A stretch of 64,000 bases of DNA from Octopus sinensis. Lineage: Eukaryota. The notes under the pieces are model-generated. The model was not told where the DNA came from. It worked only from the letters and a program-made list of their open reading frames with translations, and did no database searches. This document shows, piece by piece, positions 50,033-62,838 of the stretch. The translations under genes and the position numbers were made by a program. Location: NCBI RefSeq assembly GCF_006345805.1, contig NC_043011.1, forward strand, positions 40,870,464 to 40,934,463, read 5' to 3'. Position 1 is the first letter of the stretch. Each line of letters opens with the position of its first letter.

Positions 50033-51350
50033 TTTATTCTGAAAGACTCTCGGATAGTTCTTAATTACCGGTTATTCTTTACTTGAAAACAGACAAAACC
50101 AAATCACCAAAGGTTTCAAAAGTGACTCAAAGAGACAATATTCTCCTTAGAATGCGAGCTGCACCCAACAATGCTGTCTTCTGGATCACTTCGAGCCTGA
50201 CAGTTAGCTCTAATATTCTTAATGTGTTTTTCAAAGCCCTTGGAAGCTGCTCCTAATGCTCCAATTACCACCGGTATCACAATTTCTTTCCTCGTACCTC
50301 ATAACTTTCCTATCTTGTTCTGCGGTGGCTGCTAATTTTCAGTTTTTTTCTGTTTCCTTACATTTTACCCTCAAATCGCCTGGTATTGCAACATCTATTA
50401 GTCTCTACTTTTTTTTCATCTTTATCGATGAGTACGATAGCTGGTCGTGTCGCCTCTATGACTTGGTCGCACTGCATGTTAAAATCCTAGAGAATTTTCT
50501 AATGTTCCTTTTTCCATCACTCCCTCTGGCTTGTGTTTATACTATTGTTCGGCTCACTCAAGGTTTGCTTTACCACACAAATGGAAATAGTTGGCCACAT
50601 TGTCGTGTCTCCTTTTGTATTCTCGTTGTGCAAGCTTACAGCATTCGCTAACAATATAGCTTATACGAACCAAGCCAGGCTATTCTCCTCTTTCCTTACA
50701 CAATCTTCACAACACACCAATCTCCGTCCCCCTTCCTTCCTCTTCACATACAATCTTGATTCATCACTCTTGGAGTGTAGTTCCTAGTTCCTTGTCATTA
50801 ATTTACGTGTTTTCCGGCCTATCTTTTGTAATTCATGCTTCTTCCAAGATACTATTCCTGCCCCATATCACATCAAAGCAACCGCCCACGTACTGCTCTA
50901 ATCTTACAGCGGCCATTTAGCTTCGATTGGAGCACAAGCCGGGTTTTCCTCAAATACTCTTCCTTGTACATTTCTTTCATGTTGTGTTCATTCATCTTAT
51001 CTTTTTCAATGATACCCAGGTACTTATATCCTTCTTCTCCGACTTCCTTTATAGTTTCACCACTTTCCAGCTTGATCCCATGGCTTTTACTGATTTCCCC
51101 CCTTTTGAGAATCATTACACCACATTTCTCGATCCCAAATTCCATGTCCTTATATTTGCTAATCATCTGCACAGTAGCCGTCAAACACTCAATTTCTTTC
51201 TCGGTCTTAGCGAATAGCTTTAGGTCATCCATAAACCACAGGCTGTTTACTTTCACCCGGCCTAGCATGTACTCCACACGCATCTTTCTTAAAACGCTCG
51301 TTAGTGGCAGGTTGCAGACAACAAATAGGAGAGGCGACAAACTGTCCCCA
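50033..51350 (-). mobile_element. R4/Dong-clade non-LTR retrotransposon, 5'-truncated (RT to RLE), decayed
   Basis: GDSLSPLLF..FMDDLKLFAK..EFGIEKC..YKYLGI; C-terminal IDVAIPGD..VIPVVIGALG..QKTALLGAARILRR; (ATT)n on both sides. Confidence 0.88.
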
Positions 51351-51454
51351 ATTATCATTATTGTTATTATTATTATTATTATTATAATTATAATTATTAT
51401 TATTATTATTATTATTATATTATTATTATTATTATTATTATTATTTTATTGTTA

Positions 51455-52053
51455 CTTTTTTTTTCTTCTTTCAAATTTGCTTCCATTTCTTGCCGAGTGT
51501 CTTCCTGACTCCTAGGGCAGAAAACTCATACAGTAGGCCATTAAACCAAACTCAGTAGTTCGTTCATTTTTTTTTTTTTTTTTCTCTTTTAAAGTTAAAT
51601 TAAAATACATGAGCAGCAACAGTTCTCACATCGACAATGCTCTTCTCAATACGTGTGATGTACCAGTTAAGACAATCTTTTGCACTTCTTGCAGGGATGG
51701 TAAGCCAGTGATCATTCTCATATAATTTTCGGTTCCCTTCTTGATCATTCCTAGTGCTCCTACGATCACTGGTATTGTAACCGCCTTGAGATGCCACATT
51801 TTCTCAATTTCAATGAGTAGGTCTTTATATTTTCTGAGCTTGTCAAACTCTTTCGCTGAGATATTATGATCACAGGGGATGCTCATGTCGATCAATAAGC
51901 AAACTTTATTGTTTTGGTCTTTCACAACAATATCTGGTTTATTGGCCTTGATGGTTCGGTCTGTATGTACTGGAAAGTCCCACAGAATGGTTACATTTTC
52001 TCCTTCAGTTACAGCCTCAGGGTGGTGATTATACCACTTGTCGGCAGTTTTGA

Positions 52054-52054
<1 letters not shown>
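51455..52054 (-). mobile_element. R4/Dong-clade 3' fragment, younger, with open RLE domain
   Basis: Uninterrupted KWYNHHPE..ILWDFPVHTDRTIKANKPDIVVKD..CLLIDMSIP..KLRKYKDL..MW..IPVIVGALG..VLRRALSM* (52054-51626); (ATT)n on both sides. Confidence 0.92.
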
Positions 52055-52141
<87 letters not shown>

Positions 52142-52962
52142 TCGCTTAGGCAGAGAAGTGCTGATAACTTAGTGCTAGAACTCAAAAAACACATAATTCA
52201 GAAACACGCGTCAGTCGAGTAGAGAACAGTAGTAAGAAATTAAATGACACGGGAATAAGAAGTTATGTAAGGAAGTTCAAAAAATAATTTCTTAATTTCT
52301 TTTAACCTTGTACTTAATTCACTGTTTGGGTTCCGGCCATCCTGGGGCACCGCATTGAAGTGCTTAGTCAAACAAATCGACCCCAGCACTTCTTATTCTT
52401 TAAGCCTGGGACTTATTATATCGATCGCTTTCGCCTAACCACTAAGTTACGGGAACGTAACCAAACCTACTTTGGTTACGTAATTAGTACTGATGTCTCC
52501 TTTACTTTTTCTTTTCTCTCATTAATTTAGAAAACAATTAGTGGAATATTTCTTCATTAACTGGATAATTATTAGTTACTGATATCCTTTCCATTTACGT
52601 GTCCAGTCTTGACACGGCAAATAAAAAACTCAAAATTATCACGTGCCTTAAAAAGCACCATTTAATATAATTTTCTATATCTTTTAAAATCATTTTCGGT
52701 TTTATTTTTTATCATTGGTGTTTTATCTGTTATTTGCAGTTTTTTTTCCTTATTTTATTCTCAAAGTTCAGTCTAAATTAAAATGACATTTGTTGCTGAT
52801 ATTTCGCATGATAAATGAATAAATTGCGTTCCTTGACAGAACCGACGCTAATTTTTCTTTATTAACAATATCCCAATGAAATACAAACATGAAATAAATC
52901 TGTTTTTAAACTTATTTAAAAGACGCGGAGAAAAGACACGCAAATTCAACGAAGAATCTGTT

Positions 52963-53062
52963 NNNNNNNNNNNNNNNNNNNNNNNNNNNNNNNNNNNNNN
53001 NNNNNNNNNNNNNNNNNNNNNNNNNNNNNNNNNNNNNNNNNNNNNNNNNNNNNNNNNNNNNN
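52963..53062. other. Assembly gap (100 N)
   Basis: Run of N. Confidence 1.
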
Positions 53063-53076
53063 TATATATATAAAAA

Positions 53077-53216
53077 TATAATTTAGGGTATCTAAGAGAT
53101 ACCGCTACGCTGGAAATAGCAGCCAAAACTTGACTCTAAAATCACATGTGGTTTTAGAGTCAAGTTTTGGCTGCTATTTCCAGCGTGGAGGTATCTCTTA
53201 GATACCCTAAATTATA
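53077..53216. repeat. 140-bp near-perfect zero-spacer palindrome
   Basis: Axis at 53146/53147 (cacatgtg). Confidence 0.92.
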
Positions 53217-53301
53217 ACTTTAATAATAATTATTACCTTTGAAAGGTTTTCATTTCCATGCTGACACTTGATAAGATCGATATTGAAATAACGATCTTAT
53301 A

Positions 53302-53382
<81 letters not shown>

Positions 53383-53668
53383 GATGAGTGTATTTTTACC
53401 TTGTTAACAATTAACACGGAAAAAAATATATATATATTTATACATATGCATATACATATACATATATACATTCACGTATATGCATGTATGTATAAATGTA
53501 AGCATTTATACGTACATACATACCATACATATATGTATGCATCATTCCAATGCTGTTTTTAGTTTACTCTTCTCTACTGCTATTTCTACAGTTATCAAGA
53601 AAACATTTATAAATACAAATATATATATATACCATTATTTTTACTCACAAACAAGAAACAACAGAGAA

Positions 53669-53711
53669 AATTGGAATCCGATTGGTGGGCGGTGGGCGGC
53701 GCGCGGTGAGT
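53669..53711. promoter_or_regulatory. CCAAT and double GC-box cluster (promoter-like)
   Basis: ATTGG at 53681-85; GGGCGG at 53687-92 and 53694-99; CpG-dense patch in AT-rich DNA; GTGAGT at 53706. Confidence 0.35.
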
Positions 53712-53929
53712 GGCGTACAACTGAGTCGCTGTTGCTAGACGGGAGTATAGGGAAAATTGTGTTCAGTAATTAATTAGAAAGTTCGTATATTCATTTCAGT
53801 TATATGTTATTTTTGTTAACACATTTATTTTATTTTTAATTAATTTACTTCTTTAATTGCATTTTGCATTAAGTACTGAGGCCCTGTTCTACGATAATGA
53901 ATTGTAAGATATACACATTCCCACATTAC

Positions 53930-54307
53930 CTAGAATGTTTGTATATTTTTTTCTCGGTTTTTGCTTAGTGCTTATGTTTATTTTTATTTATTTGCAGCAA
54001 TGTTTTTTTTTGTTTTTGTTGTTGTTTTTTGGTGGGGGGATTTGTTTTTACTTTATTTCTTTTGTTTCTATTTTGTCGGGTTTTTTTTTTTGTTTCTTTT
54101 GCCTCACCAAAGTATTTCTTTGCAAGTTACCAACCGTTTCGTATCAATATTATTCTAATTTTATTTTATTGTTTAATTCGACTTTTCTTTCGTTGTTGTT
54201 GCTGTTGTTGTTGTTGTTGTTGTTGCTCTTATTCTATTTGTTGTGGCTGGTGATGGTATCGTTAGTGTTGCTGCTATCGCTATTGCTATAGTTGCTGTTG
54301 TTGCTGT

Positions 54308-54368
<61 letters not shown>

Positions 54369-54832
54369 GAGGAGGAGGAGGAGGAGGATAACGATGATGA
54401 TGATAGTGATGATGATGATGATGATGAGGAGGAGGAGGAGGGGTGGAGGACGACGATGACGACGACGACGACAGCGGCGATGTGTTTTGTTGTTGGTAAC
54501 GACGCTGTTGCTGCTCTGGTGTAGTTTTATTGTTGCTGTTCTCGTTGCTGTTGTATTCATTGCTGTTGCTGACGATGCTGATGATGCTCTTCTTGCTGTT
54601 GATGTTGTTGTTGCTGCTGCAGATTTTTTTTTTCTTTTTTCTTTTTGCTTTATGTTAGTCTTTATCAAACAGACCGATGTTTAAACACTAACATACTTCG
54701 CTTCATTTTGCCCTATTTTTCTGTAAACCTACAAGTGTATAATTATCCTGAGCCAGGGAACATATATTTAATGTTTCCTGCGCTAAATTGTATTAACTCT
54801 GACTTATTTAACTACAAAGCTACCGGAGGAAC

Positions 54833-54882
<50 letters not shown>

Positions 54883-55370
54883 GGACAGACAGACAGACGG
54901 CTGACACATGTTCAAGCATAAAAGCTAACGTTGCGTGAAATATTTAGCTGGCACACACATACGAGCATGCGCACGCGCGTACAGAAACACGCATGAAGAA
55001 GAAGAAGAAGAAGAAAAAGAAGAAGAAGAAGAAGGAGAGAAGGAGGATGAGAAGAAGAGCAAGAACAAGAACAGCAGCAGCAGCAACAACCAAAAGACAT
55101 CAGTCACAACAACAACGAGCAAGATGTAGAAGATGGTGATGATGATGATGAATAAGAAAAAGAAGATAAAGAACAACGAGGATGAGGAGGAAGAAGGGAG
55201 GAGGAGGAGGAGGAGGGGAACGAGAACGAGAACGAGGGGGAGAACGACGTGGAGGAGGAGGGGGAGAAAGAGAACGAGGGGGAGAATGACGACGAGGAGA
55301 GCAAGGACGAGGGCGAGGAGAGGGAGGAAGAAGAAGACGACGAAAAAGAAAGGAGGAGGAGGATGAAATC
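53930..55370. repeat. Low-complexity triplet mosaics (GTT/GAT/GAG/GAA) and (GA)n
   Basis: Direct reading. Confidence 0.9.
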
Positions 55371-56149
55371 CGAAAGCTATGCAACCCAAAATTACAGAAA
55401 GGTCCTTATTCAAATACAACAGAAAAATGTCAAATTGTTAGACTGTCAGATGAAACAATAATTCAGTTGATGTTGAATATATTTAATTCATGGATCGTTA
55501 AAACAGCTAGGAATAATTAACTGAAGAGGAAAACACGTTAGTTCTTATTACTATAATATTATTAGGTTAACACAGTTAATTCAATATTAGCTATTTCGGA
55601 ATGATTAACACGCTTTTAAAGTATTTCAGCAAAGCAAGGGAGAATATTCCGGATATGTTTCGACCTTATTTTGAACTCGTCGGCGAAGTATAGACTTCAT
55701 CATACTTGCAGAAGTAGTGGAAGAATAAATAAGATTATAAAACAAACTTTTACTCTAGTTCAAACATATTTAGGACATATATATAACAAGTAAAAAAAAA
55801 AATCCCATTTTCAGAACCATTTGCCATGGAGGGTTCATATGGTGCATTAGTTACCGAGAACTCAACATTCTATCTGGACGGTGTGACAGTTACCTGCAGA
55901 TTTGTTTATTTTCAGTTGAATGGACTCGAGCAGAAACGAAGTATGTTGCTCAAGAATAAAATGCACAACCTTAGTCATGTATCTTTACAGAAATCATTAT
56001 ACACTTCCTTAATTTTAACCTTTTTGCCTGTCTTATAAGTTTGTCTTAAATGTTCATGTTTGTTTTCGGATTTGTAGTTAGTGTTTCTTACCTTCTTAAT
56101 AATCCTTTCTGCTGAAGGTACAAGGCCTTCAAATTTTGGGGAAGGAGAC

Positions 56150-56620
56150 TAGACGATTGCATTGACTCGAGTGTTTCAGAACGTACCGGCAAACGAAATG
56201 CTTATTTCTTTACTACCCACAAGGGGCTAAACACAGAAGGGACAAACAAGGACAGATAAACGGATTAAGTCGATTATATCGACTCCAGTGCGTAACAGGT
56301 ACTTAATTTATCGACCCCGAAAGGATGAAAGGCAAAGTCGACCTCGGCGGAATTTGAACACAGAACGTAAACACAGGCGAAATACCTATTTCTTTACTAC
56401 CCACAAGGGGCTAAACACAGAGAGGACAAACAAGGACAGATAAACGGATTAAGTCGATTATATCGTCCCCAGTGCGTAACTGGTACTTAATTTATCGACC
56501 CCAAAAGGATGAAAGGCAAAGTCGACCTTGGCGGAATTTGAACTCAGAACGTAAAGACAGACGAAATACCGCTAAGCATTTCGCCCGGCGAGCTAACGAT
56601 TCTGCCAGCTCACCGCCTCT
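56150..56620 (-). mobile_element. SINE family A trimer
   Basis: Junctions gaaatgc|ttatttc (~56202) and gaaatacc|tatttc (~56386). Confidence 0.85.
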
Positions 56621-56636
56621 TACCTTCTTAATAATA

Positions 56637-56896
56637 CAGGGCGTTCAAAAAGTCTCTCCGCAGTGAATCGTTTCATCCTGACTCTTCAACAGGGAAAATC
56701 TCCAATATGTATTTCAAAACATGTGTAAAAGAGTCAACTTAGGTATTAAAAATGAAGGACAACACTTTCAGCACCTCTTACAAAGTGCTTTAAAGTCTTG
56801 TAAATTCTAACGTATTCTTTCGTAGTCTTATAGCATCTTATAAATATTTATTCTGCAATAAAATACTTACTGCGGGAAGACATTTTGAACACCGTT
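56637..56896 (+). mobile_element. Tc1/mariner-superfamily MITE (internally deleted)
   Basis: Imperfect 28-bp TIRs (cagggcgttcaaaaagtctctccgcagt); TA flanks; remnant NEGQHFQHLL transposase C-terminus. Confidence 0.7.
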
Positions 56897-57177
56897 TATA
56901 AGGTGGCGAGTGGGCAGAATCTTTAGCATGCCGGACGAAATGCTTAGCGGCAATTTCTCCGTCTTCACATTCTGAGTTCAAACTCCTCCGAGGTTGACTT
57001 TGTCTTTTATCGTTTCGGGGTCGATAAAATAAGTACCAGTTGAGTCCATGTAACCAACCTACATTGCTGGCCTTGTGCCAAAATTTGAAATCAATAATAT
57101 AAAGTTTGCCTTTATAAGTCACAAGTTACTTTAAAGGGGAAAAAAACTGGGAAGGTGTATCATATATGTATAGACAT

Positions 57178-57662
57178 TGTTGTGTTGTGACCCCCTTCGG
57201 TCATGAATAACCATGGCATTGCACCTAGAAAGTTACCCTTCGAGGCACAAGTCTGGGCAAGGTTGTTTTATGGAAGACCAGCAGTCGCCCACTCATACCA
57301 GCCTCCCCTCTTCACGCCACCGATGTTATCTAAAGGAAAGGCAAAGGCCGATACAGCTTGGCACCAGTGACGTCGCAGCGCATTTATTAACGTGCAAGTG
57401 GCTGAGCACTCCACTGATACGTGTACCCTTAACGTTGTTCTCGGGGAGATTCAGCGTGACACTGAGTGTGACAAGGCTGGCCTTTTGAAACAGGAAGAAA
57501 GAGTGAGAGAAAGTTGTGGTGAAAGAGTACAGCAGGGTTCACCAGCACCCTCTGCCGGAGCAGAGGTGTTTTCGCTCAATAAACACTCACAATGGAAATC
57601 GAAACCGCGATCCTTACGACCGCGAGTCCGCTGCCCAAACCACTAGGCCATTACGCCTCCAC
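57178..57662 (-). mobile_element. Mosaic SINE: family D head, family C body and a distinct tail
   Basis: 57490-57662 matches 14963-15130; 57380-57490 matches the family C body. Confidence 0.7.
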
Positions 57663-58438
57663 ATGTATAGACATGTATCTCGTGATATATATCACATGTT
57701 ACACACAGTATAGGCAAAGGGTTAACTTGGTGTTAGTGGTAAAAAAACTGCGTATTACACGTGCAATTTTACGGTTCTTAGTAAGGAGGTAATATTTCCT
57801 ATTGTTTCAATGATTGTATCTTAAACATATTACACTCGTGTCTATATCATTTTTCCCGTGTATTATTGAGTATTATTGCAATTTCAGCCGCAATAATGAC
57901 AAATGCAATTAGATGAATATAAATAACAAAATAAAGTAAATGATTAAATGAATAAAATTAATATTCAGATTACATTTAGCACATATATCTCCACGTTATT
58001 AAACAACAAATAAATTTATGCATACAACTCTAAACAGTACAAACATTTTGTAAATTGGCACAAACAGTGACTAAATTAAATGACAAAGCTACCGAATAAA
58101 ATTCACCCATCCTTGAAATAATGTATGCACACCGACACCAAATTAAATAAATAAATACAACTTTGAATAAATAAGCAGAGAGTTCGGGTCTATACAAACA
58201 CACGTAACTCTGCATAAATATACACATGTCGCTAAAATTAAATTGGTAAATCATTGAATTAACCGACACAGCAGGTGTTAACGGCGAGGTGTGGAAATAA
58301 TATCACAGCGGGCGGGGGGGGGGAATGTTAGATTTTATTTAAATACTATATGAGTAACAGTTAAAATAATTAATCAATATTGGAAGTCATTTACTAACAT
58401 ATTTTAATTCACTAGTACACAACGACAACCTGTTTATA

Positions 58439-58662
58439 CAGGTTTGGCCAAAAGTCATCTTACAGTAAAATAAAACGATCTGATTCCAAGATTTATTTGT
58501 TTAATAACTGTATGAATTTAATAAAAGCATCTAAATATGAAACATTATGAAATTTTTTCGAACTGTGTCCTTCTTGGGCGACATATTTTTCAAATGTATA
58601 AAGAAAATATTAAGTATTTATGGAAATTTGATTTACTGGCGGGTGACTTTTGGCCAACCTTG
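58439..58662. mobile_element. Tc1-like MITE
   Basis: TIRs caggtttggccaaaagtca / caaggttggccaaaagtca. Confidence 0.7.
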
Positions 58663-58764
58663 GGATCTTTTCGGTTTGAACGGCAGTTTTTTTCTAGCGG
58701 TGTCATATGAAATTGTCACCCATAATTATGACCCTAGTATCGATCTACTGCATTTCAATCTATT

Positions 58765-58792
58765 TTAGGGTTAGGGTTAGTTAGGGTTAGGG
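58765..58792 (+). repeat. Interstitial (TTAGGG)-type repeat
   Basis: ttaggg ttaggg ttag ttaggg ttaggg followed by a G-run. Confidence 0.85.
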
Positions 58793-59419
58793 GTGGGGGG
58801 AAGGGTATCTTTTTTTTCTTCACAAATGTAAATAAACCCAATCTGTTTCTTAAACGAGGGACATATTCATACGGCACAGAATGTTTTTTTTACCTCAATA
58901 GACGTCAGTGATTGGTTGAAATTGCAGAAATCCTGCCACTTTTTCTATGACTTGTGACTTTTCCTACGACTTTATACCGTGACTTTCTCCCTGTAACTTA
59001 GCGGGATTTTTGTGTGGGACATATTAATGTAATTTTTTTCCTATGACAAATTTTCTGCAACATTTTGTACTTTTTTTTTTAGCTGAAAATTGTTTCCTGT
59101 CACTTCATTTCTCACAACATTTTCCTCTGTCTTTTTCTCTTGTGACTTCATTTCCAATAAAATTTTCCTCTGGATTCTGTCCACCATTTCCTGAACAGTG
59201 TGGGCTAAAACAAGTTAAAGAACAATACTAAATTAATATACATCACACCATAATATCCTAGTGTCGTAAAAACATTGAGAAACAAAGTCCTAGATGTACG
59301 CTGTGTCTGACTGAAATATGGGTTAGTTACGACTGGACAACTGAAACGCACACAACGACCGGACAACCACACACTCATACAATGACCGTAGATACACTAA
59401 ACGGTGATGTCTCTACATA

Positions 59420-60070
59420 GGTGTTTCACCTGCTAAAAGCAGCAGCCAAATCGCCCTGCAACCACATACTTTTATCTTTTAAAGATCAAATTTGATTATG
59501 TAATAACAGCTGTATTTTGTCTCTGGAAAAAGATGGGACGGTCACAGCTAGAACGCCTTTGATCATCAGTCTCGATGTGGGTTTAAACAACAACGTATAG
59601 CAACATCACATGTTATCACCTTAGAAAAAAAGGAAGGACACATTGGATAATGCAAATCCTGGTCATATATATATTGTCTGAAAAAAAGTGAAGTTGGGAG
59701 TGCCGCGGACGGAAGGCCTCTAATCAAAGGTTTAAGTGATTAAGTTTGATCTTGGACTAAACTACAACAAAAATATTAAGAGATAGTAACACCATATGAA
59801 GAACATGTTAAGTCCTTGGTATAAGTTGCCTAAATGAAAGGAGGGGTGATCACGGTTGGAAATCCTTTCATCATAGGTTTCCCCGCATCAGAGTCGATAA
59901 GGTTCTAAACAAGAGCAACAATTACTAAAACACACATCATCACCCTACTCGGATTAAAAAGAAAAACACTGGGGAAATGTAGTTTTAGATTTACTATGTC
60001 TTAATCTAAAACTAAATCCGTGATGGTCACGGCTGGAATGTCATTGATTATAGATTTGGAAAGTCACACA
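59420..60070 (+). repeat. Ancient degenerate tandem of about 4 units (150-175 bp)
   Basis: Motif gatggtcacggctggaatgcctttgatcatagg recurs at ~59537, 59699, 59846 and 60022; relative at ~17985-18065. Confidence 0.55.
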
Positions 60071-60167
60071 AAAACAATACCAATAATGACAACCGCAGCA
60101 ACAAACAACAACAACAATAGTAATAATAATAAAAATAATAATAATAATTAAAAAAAAAATAAATAAC

Positions 60168-60202
<35 letters not shown>

Positions 60203-60829
60203 TAATTATGATGTTGATGGTAATGCCCTGATGCAGTACCAGGCAGTGGTTCTGATCTTAACTGATTGGAAGTGTCATTATGTAGTACATTGTTTTGTCT
60301 TGGTATAAAAGATGAGCTGCAGCAAATATTCTGTTCAATATCACACATTTGCTTGTCACGTGTTTGACCTTAACCAGTTGAACATATCCCTTAGTGGCTG
60401 AACATATGTGCATCTCTAATCACGAGCAGAAGTAGTGGGGGAGCATCATAGCCATGTATTGAGAGGAATTATTTGGGGTTTCGATAATTCACCTTTAGGA
60501 ACATGGGTGTTTTGTTCAACATCCTTAAACGACACTTATTCAGGGATCTTTTGAGCAGGATGGGCTACTTGACCGGAAAAATTCTAGCTGCTAGGTTATG
60601 GACTGTTTATCTTGATATGAGATCACCATGTCACACACATATGGTCGTGATGCATGTGCCTGGTATACCCTTATCAGACAGGTAGTCATGATGAGTGTAA
60701 TGGCTTTCGTATATTTCACCCCAGTGTCACTCTGATGGCATGTGCTGCTCTCTCATTCAGTAATAATGATGACAAAAGGTCATAGAAAAACAGATTGTAA
60801 AAGCCCTTGAGGGACTTTACAATCCAGAG

Positions 60830-61170
60830 CTTTAGAACATACAAGGCCAGACATGACTTCGGTGGAGAGAGGTACTGTAAGGAGGTGTTTGTTGATTGAC
60901 ATAGCTTCTCCACGTGGTTACTACATCAATTGTAAAAGAAACATTAAGACCATACAATATGCTGACTTGAGAATGAATGCCAAGAGAATGTGGAATATGA
61001 AATCAAGAGTGGTACCAATTTTGATTGAAGCACTTGGGTTAGTAATGTAAATCTTTCAGAAGCGCCTGGACATGATTTGGAATCTGTCCCAGCAATACGA
61101 CATTGCAAACGAAAACACTTTTGGGAACAGCAAATATCCTGCAGAAAGTACTGTCTACTAGAGGTCATAT
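60830..61170 (+). mobile_element. R4/Dong-clade RLE fragment, old
   Basis: CLLIDIASP..YADL..KRMWNMK..VVPILIEALG. Confidence 0.75.
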
Positions 61171-61249
61171 AACTTGATAGGGAGTCAATTAAACAATCCA
61201 GTGTTAATACGATCATCACTGGGCAAATGAAGGAATAATGATCTTATAT

Positions 61250-61423
61250 CTTTTACTTGTTTCAGTCATTTGACTGCGGCCATGCTGGGGCATCGCCTTT
61301 GAAAGATTTTAGTGGCATAAATCGACCCCAGAACTTAAGTTTTAAGTCTGGATTCTATAGGTCTCTTGCTGAACAGCTACCTTAAAAGGATGTAAACAAA
61401 CCAACACCTGTTGTGAAGTACAC

Positions 61424-61463
<40 letters not shown>

Positions 61464-61630
61464 ACATACACACATACACACATACACATAGATATAAGCT
61501 GATTCCTTAAATTTTCCGTCTAGCATTGGTCGGTCCAGGGCTGTAGCAGATAACATTTGACCAAGGTTCCATGAGATAGATCTGAACTCACGTGGCCGTA
61601 GTGAGAGCTTCTTAACCGCACAACCATGAA
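61250..61630 (-). mobile_element. SINE family B, diverged
   Basis: Reverse-complement match. Confidence 0.7.
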
Positions 61631-61659
61631 TAAAAATAATTATCATTTCCAATATAGGT

Positions 61660-62270
61660 ACAAGGCCTGAAATTTTAGGGCAGGAGTTAATCGATTACAT
61701 GGGTCTCAGTACTTCACTGGAACTTTATTTCATCGACATCAAGAAGACAAATGTCAAGATTGACCTCGACGGAAATTTATCTCAGAAGGTAACGAGTCAA
61801 GGTATACCGCACAGTATTTTTCCGATGTTCTAACTATTCTGCCACATCGCCGCCTTTAAATAGTTTTCAGCATAGACACAAAGCTGGCCATTTTGAGAGG
61901 AAGGGGAATAGTCGCTACTAGTGAATTCAGTACTTCACTGGGACTTCATTCTATCGACTCTGAAAGAAGGAAAAACAAAGTTAACCTCGGCGGGATTTGA
62001 ACTCAGAATGTAGAGGGCCTAGAAATGGAATCACAGGCAAATTTTCTGCTTCTTTAAGCCTGACGCTTTCATAGTAAAGCTTTCTATTACAGGGAATGAG
62101 GGAGTCGATGACATCCACTCCGGTGTTCAACTGGTACTTATTTTATTGACCGAGAATGGATGAAAAGCAAAGTCAACCTCATCGGAATTTGAACTCAGAA
62201 AGTAAAGACGGACAAATTATTACAAAGTATTTTGCCCGACGTGCTAACGATTCTGCCAGCTCGCCACCTT
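61660..62270 (-). mobile_element. Degraded SINE family A cluster
   Basis: Three or more diverged units. Confidence 0.65.
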
Positions 62271-62280
62271 TCATATTTTC

Positions 62281-62325
<45 letters not shown>

Positions 62326-62376
62326 GTTCCTGATTTCAGATCAGCAATTTTTTGAGCGGAAGGGGTTAATCTACAA

Positions 62377-62471
62377 CAGTGGTTCCCAACCTGGGGTCCG
62401 CAGACCCCTGGTGGTCCTCAAAGGTAGTACTGGGCTTCCGTGAACGAAATTCAAAATTTCATATATATCTA

Positions 62472-62514
<43 letters not shown>

Positions 62515-62838
62515 GTATGTATATAATAATTGCAGCGTGGAAGGTGCTGCACGGAATTTTATCAGTGAACAGGTCGCGGTCTCAAAGCGACAAAAATATT
62601 TTGGCAAATTAAATTTAAATGTTGAAGTGAATCTAACGGTTTTTGTGTGTTTCTTAAATGGCTTATAAACACCTTCCACGCTGCAATTGTTTTCGTTCCA
62701 GCACACGATCTCAGATCAGGTCACTTGCTATGAAAGTACATCTCCGTAATATATATATATATATATATATATAAGGATAAGCATATTAAAAGGGGTCCGT
62801 GGGAAAACTCATTTAAGTAAAAAGGTTGGGAACCGTAG
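62377..62838. mobile_element. hAT-type MITE (sister of 19889-20297) with a nested insert
   Basis: CAGTGGTTCCCAACC left end; aggggtccgtgggaaaactcatttaagtaaaaaggttgggaacc shared with 20250-20294. Confidence 0.8.
62528..62688 (+). mobile_element. Inverted-repeat-ended element with a G3-C8 HHR-like motif (62557-62608)
   Basis: Ends aattgcagcgtggaaggtg / caccttccacgctgcaatt. Confidence 0.7.

Noticed and set aside
50835-51515. 226-aa plus-strand ORF
   Set aside because: Antisense of the R4/Dong RT plus an (ATT)n tract.
54243-54524. Poly-Asp/Glu ORF resembling an acidic chaperone tail
   Set aside because: Pure (GAT)n/(GAG)n slippage repeats within wider low-complexity DNA; no folded domain or splice signals.
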